From Candidatus Woesebacteria bacterium GW2011_GWF1_31_35 (GTDB taxonomy: Bacteria; Patescibacteriota; Microgenomatia; UBA8517): a DNA stretch of 64,000 bases. Below the pieces are notes generated by a model that ran no database searches, was not told the DNA's origin, and saw nothing but the letters and a program-made list of their open reading frames with translations. Position 1 is the first letter of the stretch; each line of letters starts with the position of its first letter. Where the stretch lies: contig CP011214.1 in the NCBI GenBank assembly GCA_001029755.1, positions 493,767 through 557,766 on the forward strand, read 5' to 3'. Below are positions 8,898-18,530 of this stretch, piece after piece. Both the position numbers and the translations under genes were made by a program.

Positions 8898-10805
8898 ATG
8901 CAGTTAATAATAGTTGAAAGTCCTACAAAAGCAAAAACGCTTTCAAGATTTCTTGGAAGTGAGTTTGAAGTGGATTCAACAAGGGGGCATATAAAAGATT
9001 TGCCAAAAAGTATATTAGGAGTTGATATCGAAAATGATTTTAAACCTGATTACGTTCCTGTTGAAAAGAAAAAAGAAGTAATTGCTTCTTTAAAGAAAAA
9101 GGCAAAACTTGCAAAAATTGTCTATATTGCAACTGATCCTGATAGAGAAGGAGAGGCAATTGCGGGTCATGTTGCAGAAATACTTTCAAAATCCAAGCTA
9201 GTAAGGATTACCTTTCATGAAATTACTAAAGAAGCAGTAAAAGAAGCAATCTCACGTCCTGGAAAAGTAAATGAAAATTTGGTAAATGCTCAAATCTCAA
9301 GAAGAGTACTTGATAGGTTAGTAGGTTATAAAATATCTCCACTTCTTTGGAAAAAAGTAAGAAGAGGTTTATCAGCAGGAAGGGTCCAATCAGTTGCCGT
9401 GAGGTTAATTGTTGAAAGAGAAAATGAAATAAAGGCATTTAAAACGGAAGAATATTGGGAAGTATTTGCTAAATTTAAAGATTTTACAGCTGGATTAATA
9501 AATGAAAAGATAACAAATAAAGTTAAAGCAGATGAAATACTTGCCAATTTAGAAAAGGCAGATTATAAAGTTTTCGATGTTAAGAAAAGAGAAGTTAAAA
9601 GTAATGCTTATGCTCCTTTTACAACCTCAACAATGACTCAAGCCGGAGCTAGAATTTTTGGTTGGTCTGCAAAAAGAACAATGAATGTAGCTCAAAGGTT
9701 ATATGAGGAAGGGTTAATTACATATCACAGAACTGATTCAATGAATCTTTCAATTGATGCAGTTAATAAAGCTAGAAATTTTATCTCAAAAGAATATGGA
9801 CAAAAATATTTACCTGAAAAGGCTTTAGTTTATAAAACCAAATCAAAATCAGCTCAAGAAGCTCATGAAGCTATAAGACCTACAAATATTGAACAAATTA
9901 ATGAAGCTGTTGGCTTAATTCCTGACGAGAAAAAACTATATGAGTTAATTTGGAAAAGATTTATAGCCTGTCAGATGAATCCTGCCATCTATTCTGAAAC
10001 AACAATTGATGTCGAAGCAAAACATAAAGAAGGGGTTCATATGTTAAGAGCATCGGGTCAAATTATGATTTTTGATGGTTGGAGAAAATTATTTATGGTT
10101 GATAAGGAGATAATCATCTTACCTAATTTAACGATTGGCGAATCTCTGGTAAAAGAAAAGGTTTGGAGTGAACAGAAATTTACTTTAGCCCCAGCTAGAT
10201 TTAACGAAGCTTCTTTAATTAAGATATTGGAAAAATTGGGTATCGGTAGACCTTCAACATACGCTCCAATTATTTCTACAATCCAAATAAGAAGTTATGT
10301 TGAGAAAAAGGAAGGGAAGTTTTTTCCAACAACAATTGGTTTTGCTGTAACAGAATTTTTAGTTAAAAATTTCCCAATAGAAATGGATTTTGGTTTTACT
10401 GCAGAAATGGAAGAAAATTTAGATAAAATTGCAGATGGAAAAATTAAATGGGTAGAACTTATGAAAAAGTTTTGGAAACCTTTTGAAAAGACATTAAAAA
10501 GTGTTGAAAAAAATGCAGAGAGAGTAAAAATAGAAACAGAAAAATTAGGGAAAGCCTGTCCCGATTGTAAAGACGGAGAATTAGTTATAAGAGTTGGAAG
10601 ATTTGGAAAGTTTATAAGTTGTTCTAAATTTCCAGATTGCAAACATACAGAGAAATTTTTAGATAAAATTGGTATGAAGTGTCCTGATTGCAAAGAAGGA
10701 GATGTAATTATTAAGAAATCTAAGAAGGGAAATTTCTTTGGATGCAGTAAGTATCCAGATTGTAAATTTGCCAGTTGGAAAAAACCTATTGAAGAAAAAA
10801 GTTAA
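8898..10805 (+). CDS. topA: DNA topoisomerase I
   Basis: IVESPTKAK, ATDPDREGE, SAGRVQS, ITYHRTD, C-terminal C4 zinc ribbons. Confidence 0.97.
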   Translation: MQLIIVESPTKAKTLSRFLGSEFEVDSTRGHIKDLPKSILGVDIENDFKPDYVPVEKKKEVIASLKKKAKLAKIVYIATDPDREGEAIAGHVAEILSKSKLVRITFHEITKEAVKEAISRPGKVNENLVNAQISRRVLDRLVGYKISPLLWKKVRRGLSAGRVQSVAVRLIVERENEIKAFKTEEYWEVFAKFKDFTAGLINEKITNKVKADEILANLEKADYKVFDVKKREVKSNAYAPFTTSTMTQAGARIFGWSAKRTMNVAQRLYEEGLITYHRTDSMNLSIDAVNKARNFISKEYGQKYLPEKALVYKTKSKSAQEAHEAIRPTNIEQINEAVGLIPDEKKLYELIWKRFIACQMNPAIYSETTIDVEAKHKEGVHMLRASGQIMIFDGWRKLFMVDKEIIILPNLTIGESLVKEKVWSEQKFTLAPARFNEASLIKILEKLGIGRPSTYAPIISTIQIRSYVEKKEGKFFPTTIGFAVTEFLVKNFPIEMDFGFTAEMEENLDKIADGKIKWVELMKKFWKPFEKTLKSVEKNAERVKIETEKLGKACPDCKDGELVIRVGRFGKFISCSKFPDCKHTEKFLDKIGMKCPDCKEGDVIIKKSKKGNFFGCSKYPDCKFASWKKPIEEKS

Positions 10806-10820
10806 TTATTTTAATGTAAC

Positions 10821-10849
10821 TTGACAAAAATAATGTAAATTGATAACAT
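10821..10849 (+). promoter_or_regulatory. Sigma70 promoter with operator-like inverted repeat for the TA operon
   Basis: TTGACA(10821)-17 nt-TAACAT(10844), 6 nt before ATG 10856; TAATGT...ACATTA inverted repeat over the -10; TAATGTAA repeated at 10812 and 10831. Confidence 0.6.
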
Positions 10850-10855
10850 TAATGC

Positions 10856-11101
10856 ATGTATACAGTTTCCATTACATCACAGGGACAAATTAGTATTCCT
10901 GCAAAATTGCGAGGTCTTTTTAATTTGAAATCTACGAATAAAGCCACAGTTATTTCTACAGAAGATGGGATTTTGATCAAACCCATTGTTGATTTTTTGG
11001 AATTGTCTGGAAGTTTAATTACTAACAAAAAGTCACTTTCAAATTCAATCATTCATGAATCATTTTCTAAAAGTATGGCAAATAGAAAAAAGAGGTCTTA
11101 A
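10856..11101 (+). CDS. AbrB/MazE-fold antitoxin (VapB-like)
   Basis: ITSQGQISIPAKLR...ILIKP swapped-hairpin signature. Confidence 0.88.
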   Translation: MYTVSITSQGQISIPAKLRGLFNLKSTNKATVISTEDGILIKPIVDFLELSGSLITNKKSLSNSIIHESFSKSMANRKKRS

Positions 11102-11500
11102 TTGAAAATGGTTGAAATTATTATTGATACAAATGCAATTCTTCGTTTTATCTTAAAAGATGTTAGTACACAACATATTGAAATATATGAATTAATTAAA
11201 AAAGCAAAAAATAAAAAGTTAAGAATTATTATTCCTGAAATAGTTGTTTTTGAGACGTATTTTACTTTAAAGAGTTATTATGAATATGAAAAAGAAACTT
11301 TATTAAAAGTTTTAGAGTCATTATTAAGTGCGAATTATCTTAAAATTGAAAATAAACAAATTTTTATGGAAGCTGTAAAAATATATAGAACCAGTAACCT
11401 TGAATTTGTTGATTGTTATTTAGTTTCAAATGCCAAAGCCTTAAATTTGAACATGTTTACTTTTGATAGTAATCTCAAGAAATATTTAATAAAAAAATAA
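11102..11500 (+). CDS. PIN-domain toxin (VapC-like)
   Basis: IIDTNAILR, VVFE, FVDC, FTFD acidic PIN residues; follows antitoxin. Confidence 0.88.
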   Translation: MKMVEIIIDTNAILRFILKDVSTQHIEIYELIKKAKNKKLRIIIPEIVVFETYFTLKSYYEYEKETLLKVLESLLSANYLKIENKQIFMEAVKIYRTSNLEFVDCYLVSNAKALNLNMFTFDSNLKKYLIKK

Positions 11501-11506
11501 ATTAAT

Positions 11507-12019
11507 TTATTTTTTGTATTCTACAATTTCAGTTGATATAAATTCAAGTTTAATTCCACTCTTTCTAAACATTTTTTCTGATTCAGCTCCTGCATGATAT
11601 TTTTTTTCAGCTACAACTCTTTTAATTCCCGAATTGATAAGAAGCATTGCACAAACTCTGCATGGAGTCATGTTTACATATACTGTTGCGCCATCTAGGG
11701 AAACTCCTCTTTTTGCGGCTTGGCAAATTGCATTTTGTTCTGCATGAACAGTTCTAACACAATGATCAGTAATGGTTCCATCTTCGTGAATTGTTTTTTT
11801 CATTTGATGTCCCACTTCATCACAGTGTGGAAGACCGATAGGAGAACCAACGTAACCAGTTACTAAAATTTGTTTATCCTTTACAAAAACTGCTGACGCT
11901 CTGCCTCTATCACAAGTTGCTCTTTTGGAGACAGATTTCATTATTTCCAAAAAGTATTCATCCCAACTAGGACGAATATAATCAGATGATTTTTTCAATT
12001 GTTTTTTCAACTTCTTCAT
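11507..12019 (-). CDS. dCMP deaminase family protein
   Basis: RPSWDEYF, RATCDR, HAEQNA, PCRVC; likely ATG 12019. Confidence 0.9.
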   Translation of the reverse strand: MKKLKKQLKKSSDYIRPSWDEYFLEIMKSVSKRATCDRGRASAVFVKDKQILVTGYVGSPIGLPHCDEVGHQMKKTIHEDGTITDHCVRTVHAEQNAICQAAKRGVSLDGATVYVNMTPCRVCAMLLINSGIKRVVAEKKYHAGAESEKMFRKSGIKLEFISTEIVEYKK

Positions 12020-12554
12020 ATAATTTTTTGATTGTACCATTATTATCAAATTTAAAGTCGGCCATCAATATGCATTTTGATAAGTTTTGCTTTGTAGGAT
12101 CATTAGATTGCATTTCTCTTTCTTCATCCTTTTTAAATTTTTCAAAAGTTACTTTATCTGATTCGCTGGCCCTTTCAGTTATTCGTTTGTACCTTTTTTT
12201 CTGATCAGCATCAACAGCAAAAAGAACAAAATTTCCTTTATTCCTTAAGCCTAATATTTCATCAGGGGTTCTTAAACTTTCAATAATGGAATTTTTCCCT
12301 ACCTTTTTTGCATCTTTATAAAGTTCTAATGCTAAATAATTTGATCCAAATTTTTTTCTTAAATCATTAGCAACAATTACCATATTGTCACGATTAACTT
12401 CTAAATTTCTTTTTTTAATTTCTTCAATTAAATAATTCCTTACAGAATAATGTTTGAAGCTCCTTTTATTAACAAGATAATCAACAACAGTTCCCTTACC
12501 AGCTCCTAAGGTTCCTGTAATGCCAATAATTATCATTAATGGAAAAGTATACAC
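11982..12554 (-). CDS. P-loop nucleotide kinase (dephospho-CoA/NMP kinase-like)
   Basis: IIGITGTLGAGKGT Walker A, IIESLR. Confidence 0.75.
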   Translation of the reverse strand: MYTFPLMIIIGITGTLGAGKGTVVDYLVNKRSFKHYSVRNYLIEEIKKRNLEVNRDNMVIVANDLRKKFGSNYLALELYKDAKKVGKNSIIESLRTPDEILGLRNKGNFVLFAVDADQKKRYKRITERASESDKVTFEKFKKDEEREMQSNDPTKQNLSKCILMADFKFDNNGTIKKLYEEVEKTIEKII

Positions 12555-12576
12555 AAAAAATGTATAGTAAACACTA

Positions 12577-12915
12577 ATGAAATTTAATAATTTTGATAAG
12601 TACCAAAATTCTTGTAAAAAGACTGCAGTTTATCCTAATATTGGTAAAAATTTTATATATCCAACAATTGGTTTGATGGGTGAAGCAGGGGAGGTTGCTA
12701 ATAAAATTAAAAAAATAATAAGAGATGATAATTCAATAATTACCAAAGAAAAAAAAGAAGAGCTAGTTTATGAGTTGGGGGACATGATGTGGTATATTGC
12801 CCAGCTTTCAACAGAACTTAATTTAAAACTTTCAGATGTTGCAAAGAAGAATTTAGAAAAGCTTGCATTAAGAAAAAAAAGAAACACACTTCAAGGAAGT
12901 GGCGATCATAGATAA
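12577..12915 (+). CDS. MazG-like nucleotide pyrophosphohydrolase
   Basis: GLMGEAGEVANKIKK, ELGDMMWY, GSGDHR end. Confidence 0.9.
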   Translation: MKFNNFDKYQNSCKKTAVYPNIGKNFIYPTIGLMGEAGEVANKIKKIIRDDNSIITKEKKEELVYELGDMMWYIAQLSTELNLKLSDVAKKNLEKLALRKKRNTLQGSGDHR

Positions 12916-12924
12916 TAATATTTG

Positions 12925-13410
12925 TTACTTTATCTTTGTTAACACTTTAAATTCAAACGGAGGATTATTGTCTAAATGTTTTTCATTAAATGTTTCTTTC
13001 CAACTTGATAAATTTAATTTGGGAAATTTTACATCACCTTCAAATGATTTATAAATTTTTGTTAGGTAGATTCTTGTTGCTTTAGGTAACATCAATTTAT
13101 AAATTGTCCCTCCGCCAATTACTATTAATTCTTTTTCATTTCTTTTCTTTGCAAAACTTAAAGCGTCGTTTAGGTTATTAAATACAAAACATCCTTTTGC
13201 TTTAAATTTTTTATCATCAGAAAGAATTATATTTATCCTTTCAGGTAATGGTTTTCCTATTGATTCATATGTCTTTTGGCCCATTAAAATATGATGTCCT
13301 AGCGTTATTTTTTTAAAATTTTTCAAATCCTGAGGAATACGCCAAAGAAGTTTTCCTTTACCTCCTATTACATTATTTTTAGCGACTGCAACTATTATTG
13401 ATATTTTCAT
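12925..13410 (-). CDS. folA: Dihydrofolate reductase
   Basis: IVAVAKNNVIG, LWRIPQD, MGQKTYESIG, LPER, IGGG. Confidence 0.95.
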   Translation of the reverse strand: MKISIIVAVAKNNVIGGKGKLLWRIPQDLKNFKKITLGHHILMGQKTYESIGKPLPERINIILSDDKKFKAKGCFVFNNLNDALSFAKKRNEKELIVIGGGTIYKLMLPKATRIYLTKIYKSFEGDVKFPKLNLSSWKETFNEKHLDNNPPFEFKVLTKIK

Positions 13411-13422
13411 TTTAAGTTTTAC

Positions 13423-14364
13423 TCATACAGATATTTCAGCTTTAATTGAAGGATGTGGTTTGTAGCCTTCAATTGTTATTGCATCAGAACTAATATGATT
13501 AATATCTTTAATTGTACTTTTTAGTATTAATTTAGGAAGTTTTTTAGGCTTTCTTTTAATTTGTTCTTTAGCTTGTTTTAAATGATTTAAATAAAGATGT
13601 GTATCTGCTAAAAACATTGTTACCTCACCAGCTACTTTATCTGTAATATTAGCAATTATTTCAGTTAGTAGCGCGTATGAAGCAATGTTAAATGGAAGTC
13701 CTAAAAATGAATCAACAGATCTTTGATACATTACTAAATTTAATTTTTGTCCTACAACTTGAAATTGAAATAATACATGACATGGTGGAAGTGCAACATT
13801 TTCAATGTTAGCTGCATTCCATGCATTTACAATTATTCTTCTTGAGTCGGGATTTTTTTTGATCAAAGTAATTGCATTTTTTAGTTGATCTATTTCTTTT
13901 CCTTTTCCATCTTTCCAATGTCTCCATTGATATCCATAAACCGGTCCAAGATCTCCCCATTTTTGAGAAAATTTCTCATCTATTTTAATTTTTTCTATAA
14001 AATTATTTAATTTAGTTTTCCATATTTCGGAGTATTTAGGGTATTTTTTTGTTAATTTATTTTTTTCTAAATATTTTTGAAAAGGCCATTCATTCCAAAT
14101 ATTTACACCCTTAGTAACTAAAGGTCTTAGATTTCTTTCACCTTTAATAAACCAAAGAAGTTCTTCTTTAACACCTCTAAACCAAACTTCTTTTGTAGTT
14201 AAAAGTGGAAAACCGGCAGATAGATCAAACTTTAACATTCTGCCAAAAACTTTTTTAGTTCCCGTTCCTGTTCTATCTTTACTTACTGTACCGTTTTTTA
14301 AAATGTCTTTAAGAAGCAATTGATATTGAATATCTACATGATTATTAACTTTAGTAGTTGACAT
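13423..14364 (-). CDS. thyA: Thymidylate synthase
   Basis: DRTGTGT, GPVYGYQWR, LPPCH, YQRSVD, GLPFNIASY. Confidence 0.97.
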   Translation of the reverse strand: MSTTKVNNHVDIQYQLLLKDILKNGTVSKDRTGTGTKKVFGRMLKFDLSAGFPLLTTKEVWFRGVKEELLWFIKGERNLRPLVTKGVNIWNEWPFQKYLEKNKLTKKYPKYSEIWKTKLNNFIEKIKIDEKFSQKWGDLGPVYGYQWRHWKDGKGKEIDQLKNAITLIKKNPDSRRIIVNAWNAANIENVALPPCHVLFQFQVVGQKLNLVMYQRSVDSFLGLPFNIASYALLTEIIANITDKVAGEVTMFLADTHLYLNHLKQAKEQIKRKPKKLPKLILKSTIKDINHISSDAITIEGYKPHPSIKAEISV

Positions 14365-14394
14365 TTATATGCATAGTAAAATATAAAGTGTTAT

Positions 14395-15006
14395 ATGAAA
14401 AGAGGTAAATTATTAGTTGTTGAGGGTGGGGTAGGTTGTGGAAAAACAACACAAATTGAACTTCTTAAAAAAGACTTAAAAGGTTGGGAATTTTATAGAG
14501 AACCAGGAAGTACTGAATATGGAGAAAAAGTTCGTGACGCAGTTCAGGGATTACATGATTATGAAGTAGAAGAATATGCTGCAATGTTTGGTTATATGGC
14601 AGCAAGGGCCAATTTAATAAGAGGTTTGGTTATTCCTAAATTAAAAAAAGGTAAAAATATTGTTCTTGATAGGTATTGGTATTCAACTTATGCATATCAA
14701 GGTTCCAATGGCGCATCTAAAAAAACAATAGAAACTGTTGCTAAAATAGCAACAGATAATTTAAAACCTAATTTAGTAATTTTTTATGATCTGGATCCTA
14801 AAATTGGAATGAAAAGAAAATCAGGTAGGAATGACTCTGACAGGTATGATATTAAAAAAATTGAATTTCATGAAAAGGTAAGAAGAAGTTATAAAAGTTT
14901 AGGAAAAAAGATTGGCGAAATATGGAAAAATATTGATGCCTCTAAATCAATTGATGAAGTTCACATTACTACTCAAAAACTTCTAAAAAGATATAAAATA
15001 GTCTAA
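14395..15006 (+). CDS. tmk: Thymidylate kinase
   Basis: VEGGVGCGKTTQ, REPG, LDRYWYSTYAYQG. Confidence 0.93.
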   Translation: MKRGKLLVVEGGVGCGKTTQIELLKKDLKGWEFYREPGSTEYGEKVRDAVQGLHDYEVEEYAAMFGYMAARANLIRGLVIPKLKKGKNIVLDRYWYSTYAYQGSNGASKKTIETVAKIATDNLKPNLVIFYDLDPKIGMKRKSGRNDSDRYDIKKIEFHEKVRRSYKSLGKKIGEIWKNIDASKSIDEVHITTQKLLKRYKIV

Positions 15007-16305
15007 ATGGATAAAGTTAATATACTAATTAAAAAAGAAGAAAAAAGACAACAAGAAACTTTAATGATGATTCCTTCGGAAAATTATGCTTCAAAAGAAG
15101 TTAGAAATGCTGTTGGGAGTATATTAATGAATAAATATTCTGAAGGCTATGCTGGTAAAAGATATTACCAAGGAAATAGGATTATTGATGAAATTGAAAA
15201 CTTAGCAATTGAAAAAGCAAAAAAACTTTTTAAAGTAGCTCATGTAAATTGCCAATCATATTCAGGATCCCCTGCAAATTCTGCAGTTTTATTTGCCCTA
15301 CTTAATGAAGGAGATAAAATAATGGGTTTAAAACTTTCTTCAGGAGGACATTTAACGCATGGACACCCCAATATAACATTTTCTGGAAAATTTTTTAAAT
15401 CTGTTCAATTTGGTACAAAAGATGATGGAGTTATTGATTATGAAGTAGTAGAAAAATTAGCTAAAAAAGAAAAACCAAACTTAATGATTATTGGAACAAC
15501 TGCATATCCTTTAATTTTAGATTGGAAAAAATTAGGGGAAATTGCCGATTCAATAGGGGCATGGTTAGTTGCAGATATTTCCCATGTTTCAGGCCTTGTT
15601 TTGGCCGGAGTTTATACAAGTCCTGTACCTTTTGCACATATTGTGACTACAACAACTCACAAAACACTAAGAGGTCCTAGGGGAGCAATGATTATGGTTA
15701 CTTCTAAAGGACTCAAAAAAGATTCTGAAATTGCAAGTAAAATTGATAGGGCAGTTTTTCCTGGACTTCAGGGAGGACCTCACAATAATACAACTGCAGG
15801 AATTGCCCAGTGTTTAATTGAAGCAGAATCAAAAGAATTTAAAGAATATGGTAAACAAATAGTTAAAAATGCCATTAGTTTAGCCAATGAATTGACTAAG
15901 GGAGGATTAACTGTTGTTACTGGAAAGACCCAGTGTCATTTAATTGTTATTGACCTAAGACCTCTTGGTTTATCAGGAAATGTTGTAGCAGAAGCCTTAG
16001 AAGTTGGTGGAATAGTAGTTAATAGAAATTCGGTTCCTAATGATATAGCTCCACCTTTTTATCCATCAGGAATAAGACTTGGAACACCTGCAATAACAAC
16101 AAGAGGAATGAAAGAAAAGGAAATGAAATTAATTTCTAGTTGGATAATTAGTGTTATTAATCATTTTAAAGATGAAAAACTTCCGGATGAAAAGAATGAA
16201 AGAATTCTTTTCATGAAAAATTTTAGAGCAAAGATTTTAAAAGATAAATTATTGATAAGTATTTCCAAAGAAGTTAAAAGTCTTTGTAAAAAATTCCCAA
16301 TATAA
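15007..16305 (+). CDS. glyA: Serine hydroxymethyltransferase
   Basis: PSENY, NKYSEGY, GGHLTHG, TTTTHKTLRGPRG. Confidence 0.97.
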   Translation: MDKVNILIKKEEKRQQETLMMIPSENYASKEVRNAVGSILMNKYSEGYAGKRYYQGNRIIDEIENLAIEKAKKLFKVAHVNCQSYSGSPANSAVLFALLNEGDKIMGLKLSSGGHLTHGHPNITFSGKFFKSVQFGTKDDGVIDYEVVEKLAKKEKPNLMIIGTTAYPLILDWKKLGEIADSIGAWLVADISHVSGLVLAGVYTSPVPFAHIVTTTTHKTLRGPRGAMIMVTSKGLKKDSEIASKIDRAVFPGLQGGPHNNTTAGIAQCLIEAESKEFKEYGKQIVKNAISLANELTKGGLTVVTGKTQCHLIVIDLRPLGLSGNVVAEALEVGGIVVNRNSVPNDIAPPFYPSGIRLGTPAITTRGMKEKEMKLISSWIISVINHFKDEKLPDEKNERILFMKNFRAKILKDKLLISISKEVKSLCKKFPI

Positions 16306-16314
16306 ATATTTACT

Positions 16315-17118
16315 ATGGCAATTATTTTCGATGGAAAAAGTTATGCTTTAAAAAAAGCAGAGGTTTTAAAAAAAGAAGTACTGGATCTTAATGCTAATGG
16401 TATTTTTCCACATTTAGCCTCAATAATAGTTGGAAACAATCCTGCTAGTAAACTTTATGTTGGTTTGAAAAAAAAAGCGGGAGAGAAAATTGGAATTCAA
16501 GTTGATGTTTATTATTTGTCAGAAAATACTAAAAAAGAAGATTTATTGATTCTTATTAAAACATTAAATGAAGATAGATGTTTTAGTGGAATAATGATTC
16601 AGCTTCCTCTCCCAGAAAATTTAAAACTTTTTAAAGAGGAAATATTAAATACAATAAATCCCAAAAAGGATGTTGATGGATTAAGAAGCGATAGTCAATT
16701 TTTACATCCTACTTCAAAGGCTGTTATTAAAATTATTGATGAAGCAAAAGAAAAAACAAAAAAACAATTTAAAGATGTATGTGTAGTAGGGGCAACTGGC
16801 ATGGTAGGAGAGTCTTTAGTTAAAAAATTTAAAGAAGAAAATTATGAGGTAATTGAATGTGGGAAAAATACAAAGGATTTAAAATCAAAAACATTAATGT
16901 GTGATATTTTAGTTTCAGCAACAGGAGAAGAAGGTTTAATAAATGAGGATATGGTTAAAGATGATGCTATTATTGTCGATGTAGGATCCCCAAAAGGAGA
17001 TGTTGATTTTAGTAAAGTTTTAAAAAAAGCATCATTTATTACCCCTGTTCCTGGAGGAGTAGGTCCAGTTACTATTTACTGTTTACTTGAAAATCTGATA
17101 ATTGCATGTAAGATTTAG
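16315..17118 (+). CDS. folD: Bifunctional methylene-THF dehydrogenase/cyclohydrolase
   Basis: QLPLP, KDVDG, ITPVPGGVGPVT. Confidence 0.93.
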   Translation: MAIIFDGKSYALKKAEVLKKEVLDLNANGIFPHLASIIVGNNPASKLYVGLKKKAGEKIGIQVDVYYLSENTKKEDLLILIKTLNEDRCFSGIMIQLPLPENLKLFKEEILNTINPKKDVDGLRSDSQFLHPTSKAVIKIIDEAKEKTKKQFKDVCVVGATGMVGESLVKKFKEENYEVIECGKNTKDLKSKTLMCDILVSATGEEGLINEDMVKDDAIIVDVGSPKGDVDFSKVLKKASFITPVPGGVGPVTIYCLLENLIIACKI

Positions 17119-17153
17119 TTATAGCTAAGTTAGGCATAATTTTTATTAAAATT

Positions 17154-17666
17154 ATGAATTATGTAAATAAACAAACTATAAATAAGTTTCAAAAAGAATT
17201 AGGAAGTAAAAATCCAACTCCAGGCAGTGGAGTAGTCTCAGCCCTAACGGCCTCATTTGCAGCATCTTTAGTTGAAATGGTATGTAACTTGACAATTGAT
17301 AAAGTTGGTTATGAAAAAGTTCAAAAAGACATTATTAAATATAGAAAAGATGTTGTTGAAACGAAAAATAAACTTTCGAAACTCGCAGAAGAGGATAAAA
17401 GAGCATGTGACAAAGTTGTTTTGGCTTATAAGATTAAAAATAAAGAAAAAATTAGAAAAGCTCTAAATTATGCAATTAATGTTTCAATGAAAGTAAGAGA
17501 AATAACTAAAGAATTAGAAATACTGGCAGTAAAGGTGGGTAAGATTGGAAATAAAAATGCATTATCTGACGCAAAGATCGCAGTTCATTTTGCTCATGCT
17601 TCAGGTAAATCAGCTTTAGAAAATATTAAGACGAACAAAGAATCTTTAAAAAAGATGGATAAGTAG
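17154..17666 (+). CDS. Cyclodeaminase/cyclohydrolase (FTCD C-terminal) family protein
   Basis: PTPGSGVVSALTAS, SLVEMVCNLT, GNKNALSD; next to folD. Confidence 0.85.
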   Translation: MNYVNKQTINKFQKELGSKNPTPGSGVVSALTASFAASLVEMVCNLTIDKVGYEKVQKDIIKYRKDVVETKNKLSKLAEEDKRACDKVVLAYKIKNKEKIRKALNYAINVSMKVREITKELEILAVKVGKIGNKNALSDAKIAVHFAHASGKSALENIKTNKESLKKMDK

Positions 17667-17714
17667 ATAGCTCTTGCTAATTTGTAATTCTTAAATTAAA
17701 ATATCACTTAAGCA

Positions 17715-17765
17715 TACAGATTCAAGTTTCCTGGACCTTCCGAATCTGTAGAAGTACAAGGAAAC
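17715..17765 (+). promoter_or_regulatory. rpsB 5' leader with stem-loop and H-type pseudoknot
   Basis: TACAGATTC(17715-23)/GAATCTGTA(17742-50) stem; loop GTTTCCT(17726-32) complementary to AGGAAAC(17759-65). Confidence 0.6.
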
Positions 17766-17778
17766 AAATAAAATTAAT

Positions 17779-18528
17779 ATGGCAGTTAAAGTTTCATTAG
17801 AAGAATTATTAGAATCAGGTGCACATTTTGGGCATCAGGTTAGACGTTGGAATCCAAAAATAAAGGAATTTGTATTTGGTGAACAAGAAGGTGTTCATGT
17901 TTTTGATCTTGTAAAAACCAAAGAAAGTTTGGAAGCAGCACTTGATGTAATTACTAAAGCTTCAAAAGAGGGAAAAACAATTTTACTTTTAGCCACTAAA
18001 AAACAAGCTAAAGATAAAGCATTAGAAGTTGCAAAAGAAACTGGAATTTCATTAGTATCTGAAAGGTGGTTAGGAGGAACCATAACTAATTTTAATCAAA
18101 TCAAAAAATCACTTGATAAATTAGCTGATATGAAGGTTAAATTTTCAACTGGTTATTATGCAAAATATACCAAAAAAGAAAGACTTTTGATTGAAAGAGA
18201 GATAACAAGATTGGAGAGGTTTTTTGGTGGTATTACTAATTTAAGGGATAAACCAGATATTATGATTGTTGTTGATATTAGAAAAGAAATAACTGCAATC
18301 AGGGAAGCTAATAGAAAGGGTATAACTACAATAGGAATCGTTGACACCAATTCTGATCCTAATATGGTCGATTACCCAATTCCAATGAATGACGATGCTA
18401 CAAAAGCTTTGGCCTTAGTTTTAGAATATATTAAGGAAGCAATACTTGAAGGAAAGGGTATAACCAATAAAGTTAATGTTATAAAAGAAACTCCAAAAAA
18501 AGTTAAAAAACCAGAAGCTAAAAAATAA
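17779..18528 (+). CDS. rpsB: 30S ribosomal protein S2
   Basis: GAHFGH, WNPK, RWLGGTITN, VDTNSDP, PMNDD. Confidence 0.97.
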   Translation: MAVKVSLEELLESGAHFGHQVRRWNPKIKEFVFGEQEGVHVFDLVKTKESLEAALDVITKASKEGKTILLLATKKQAKDKALEVAKETGISLVSERWLGGTITNFNQIKKSLDKLADMKVKFSTGYYAKYTKKERLLIEREITRLERFFGGITNLRDKPDIMIVVDIRKEITAIREANRKGITTIGIVDTNSDPNMVDYPIPMNDDATKALALVLEYIKEAILEGKGITNKVNVIKETPKKVKKPEAKK

Positions 18529-18530
18529 AA

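Noticed and set aside
11982-12049. Possible frameshifted kinase-dCMP deaminase fusion
   Set aside because: The deaminase has its own in-frame ATG at 12019; a short overlap explains it without recoding.
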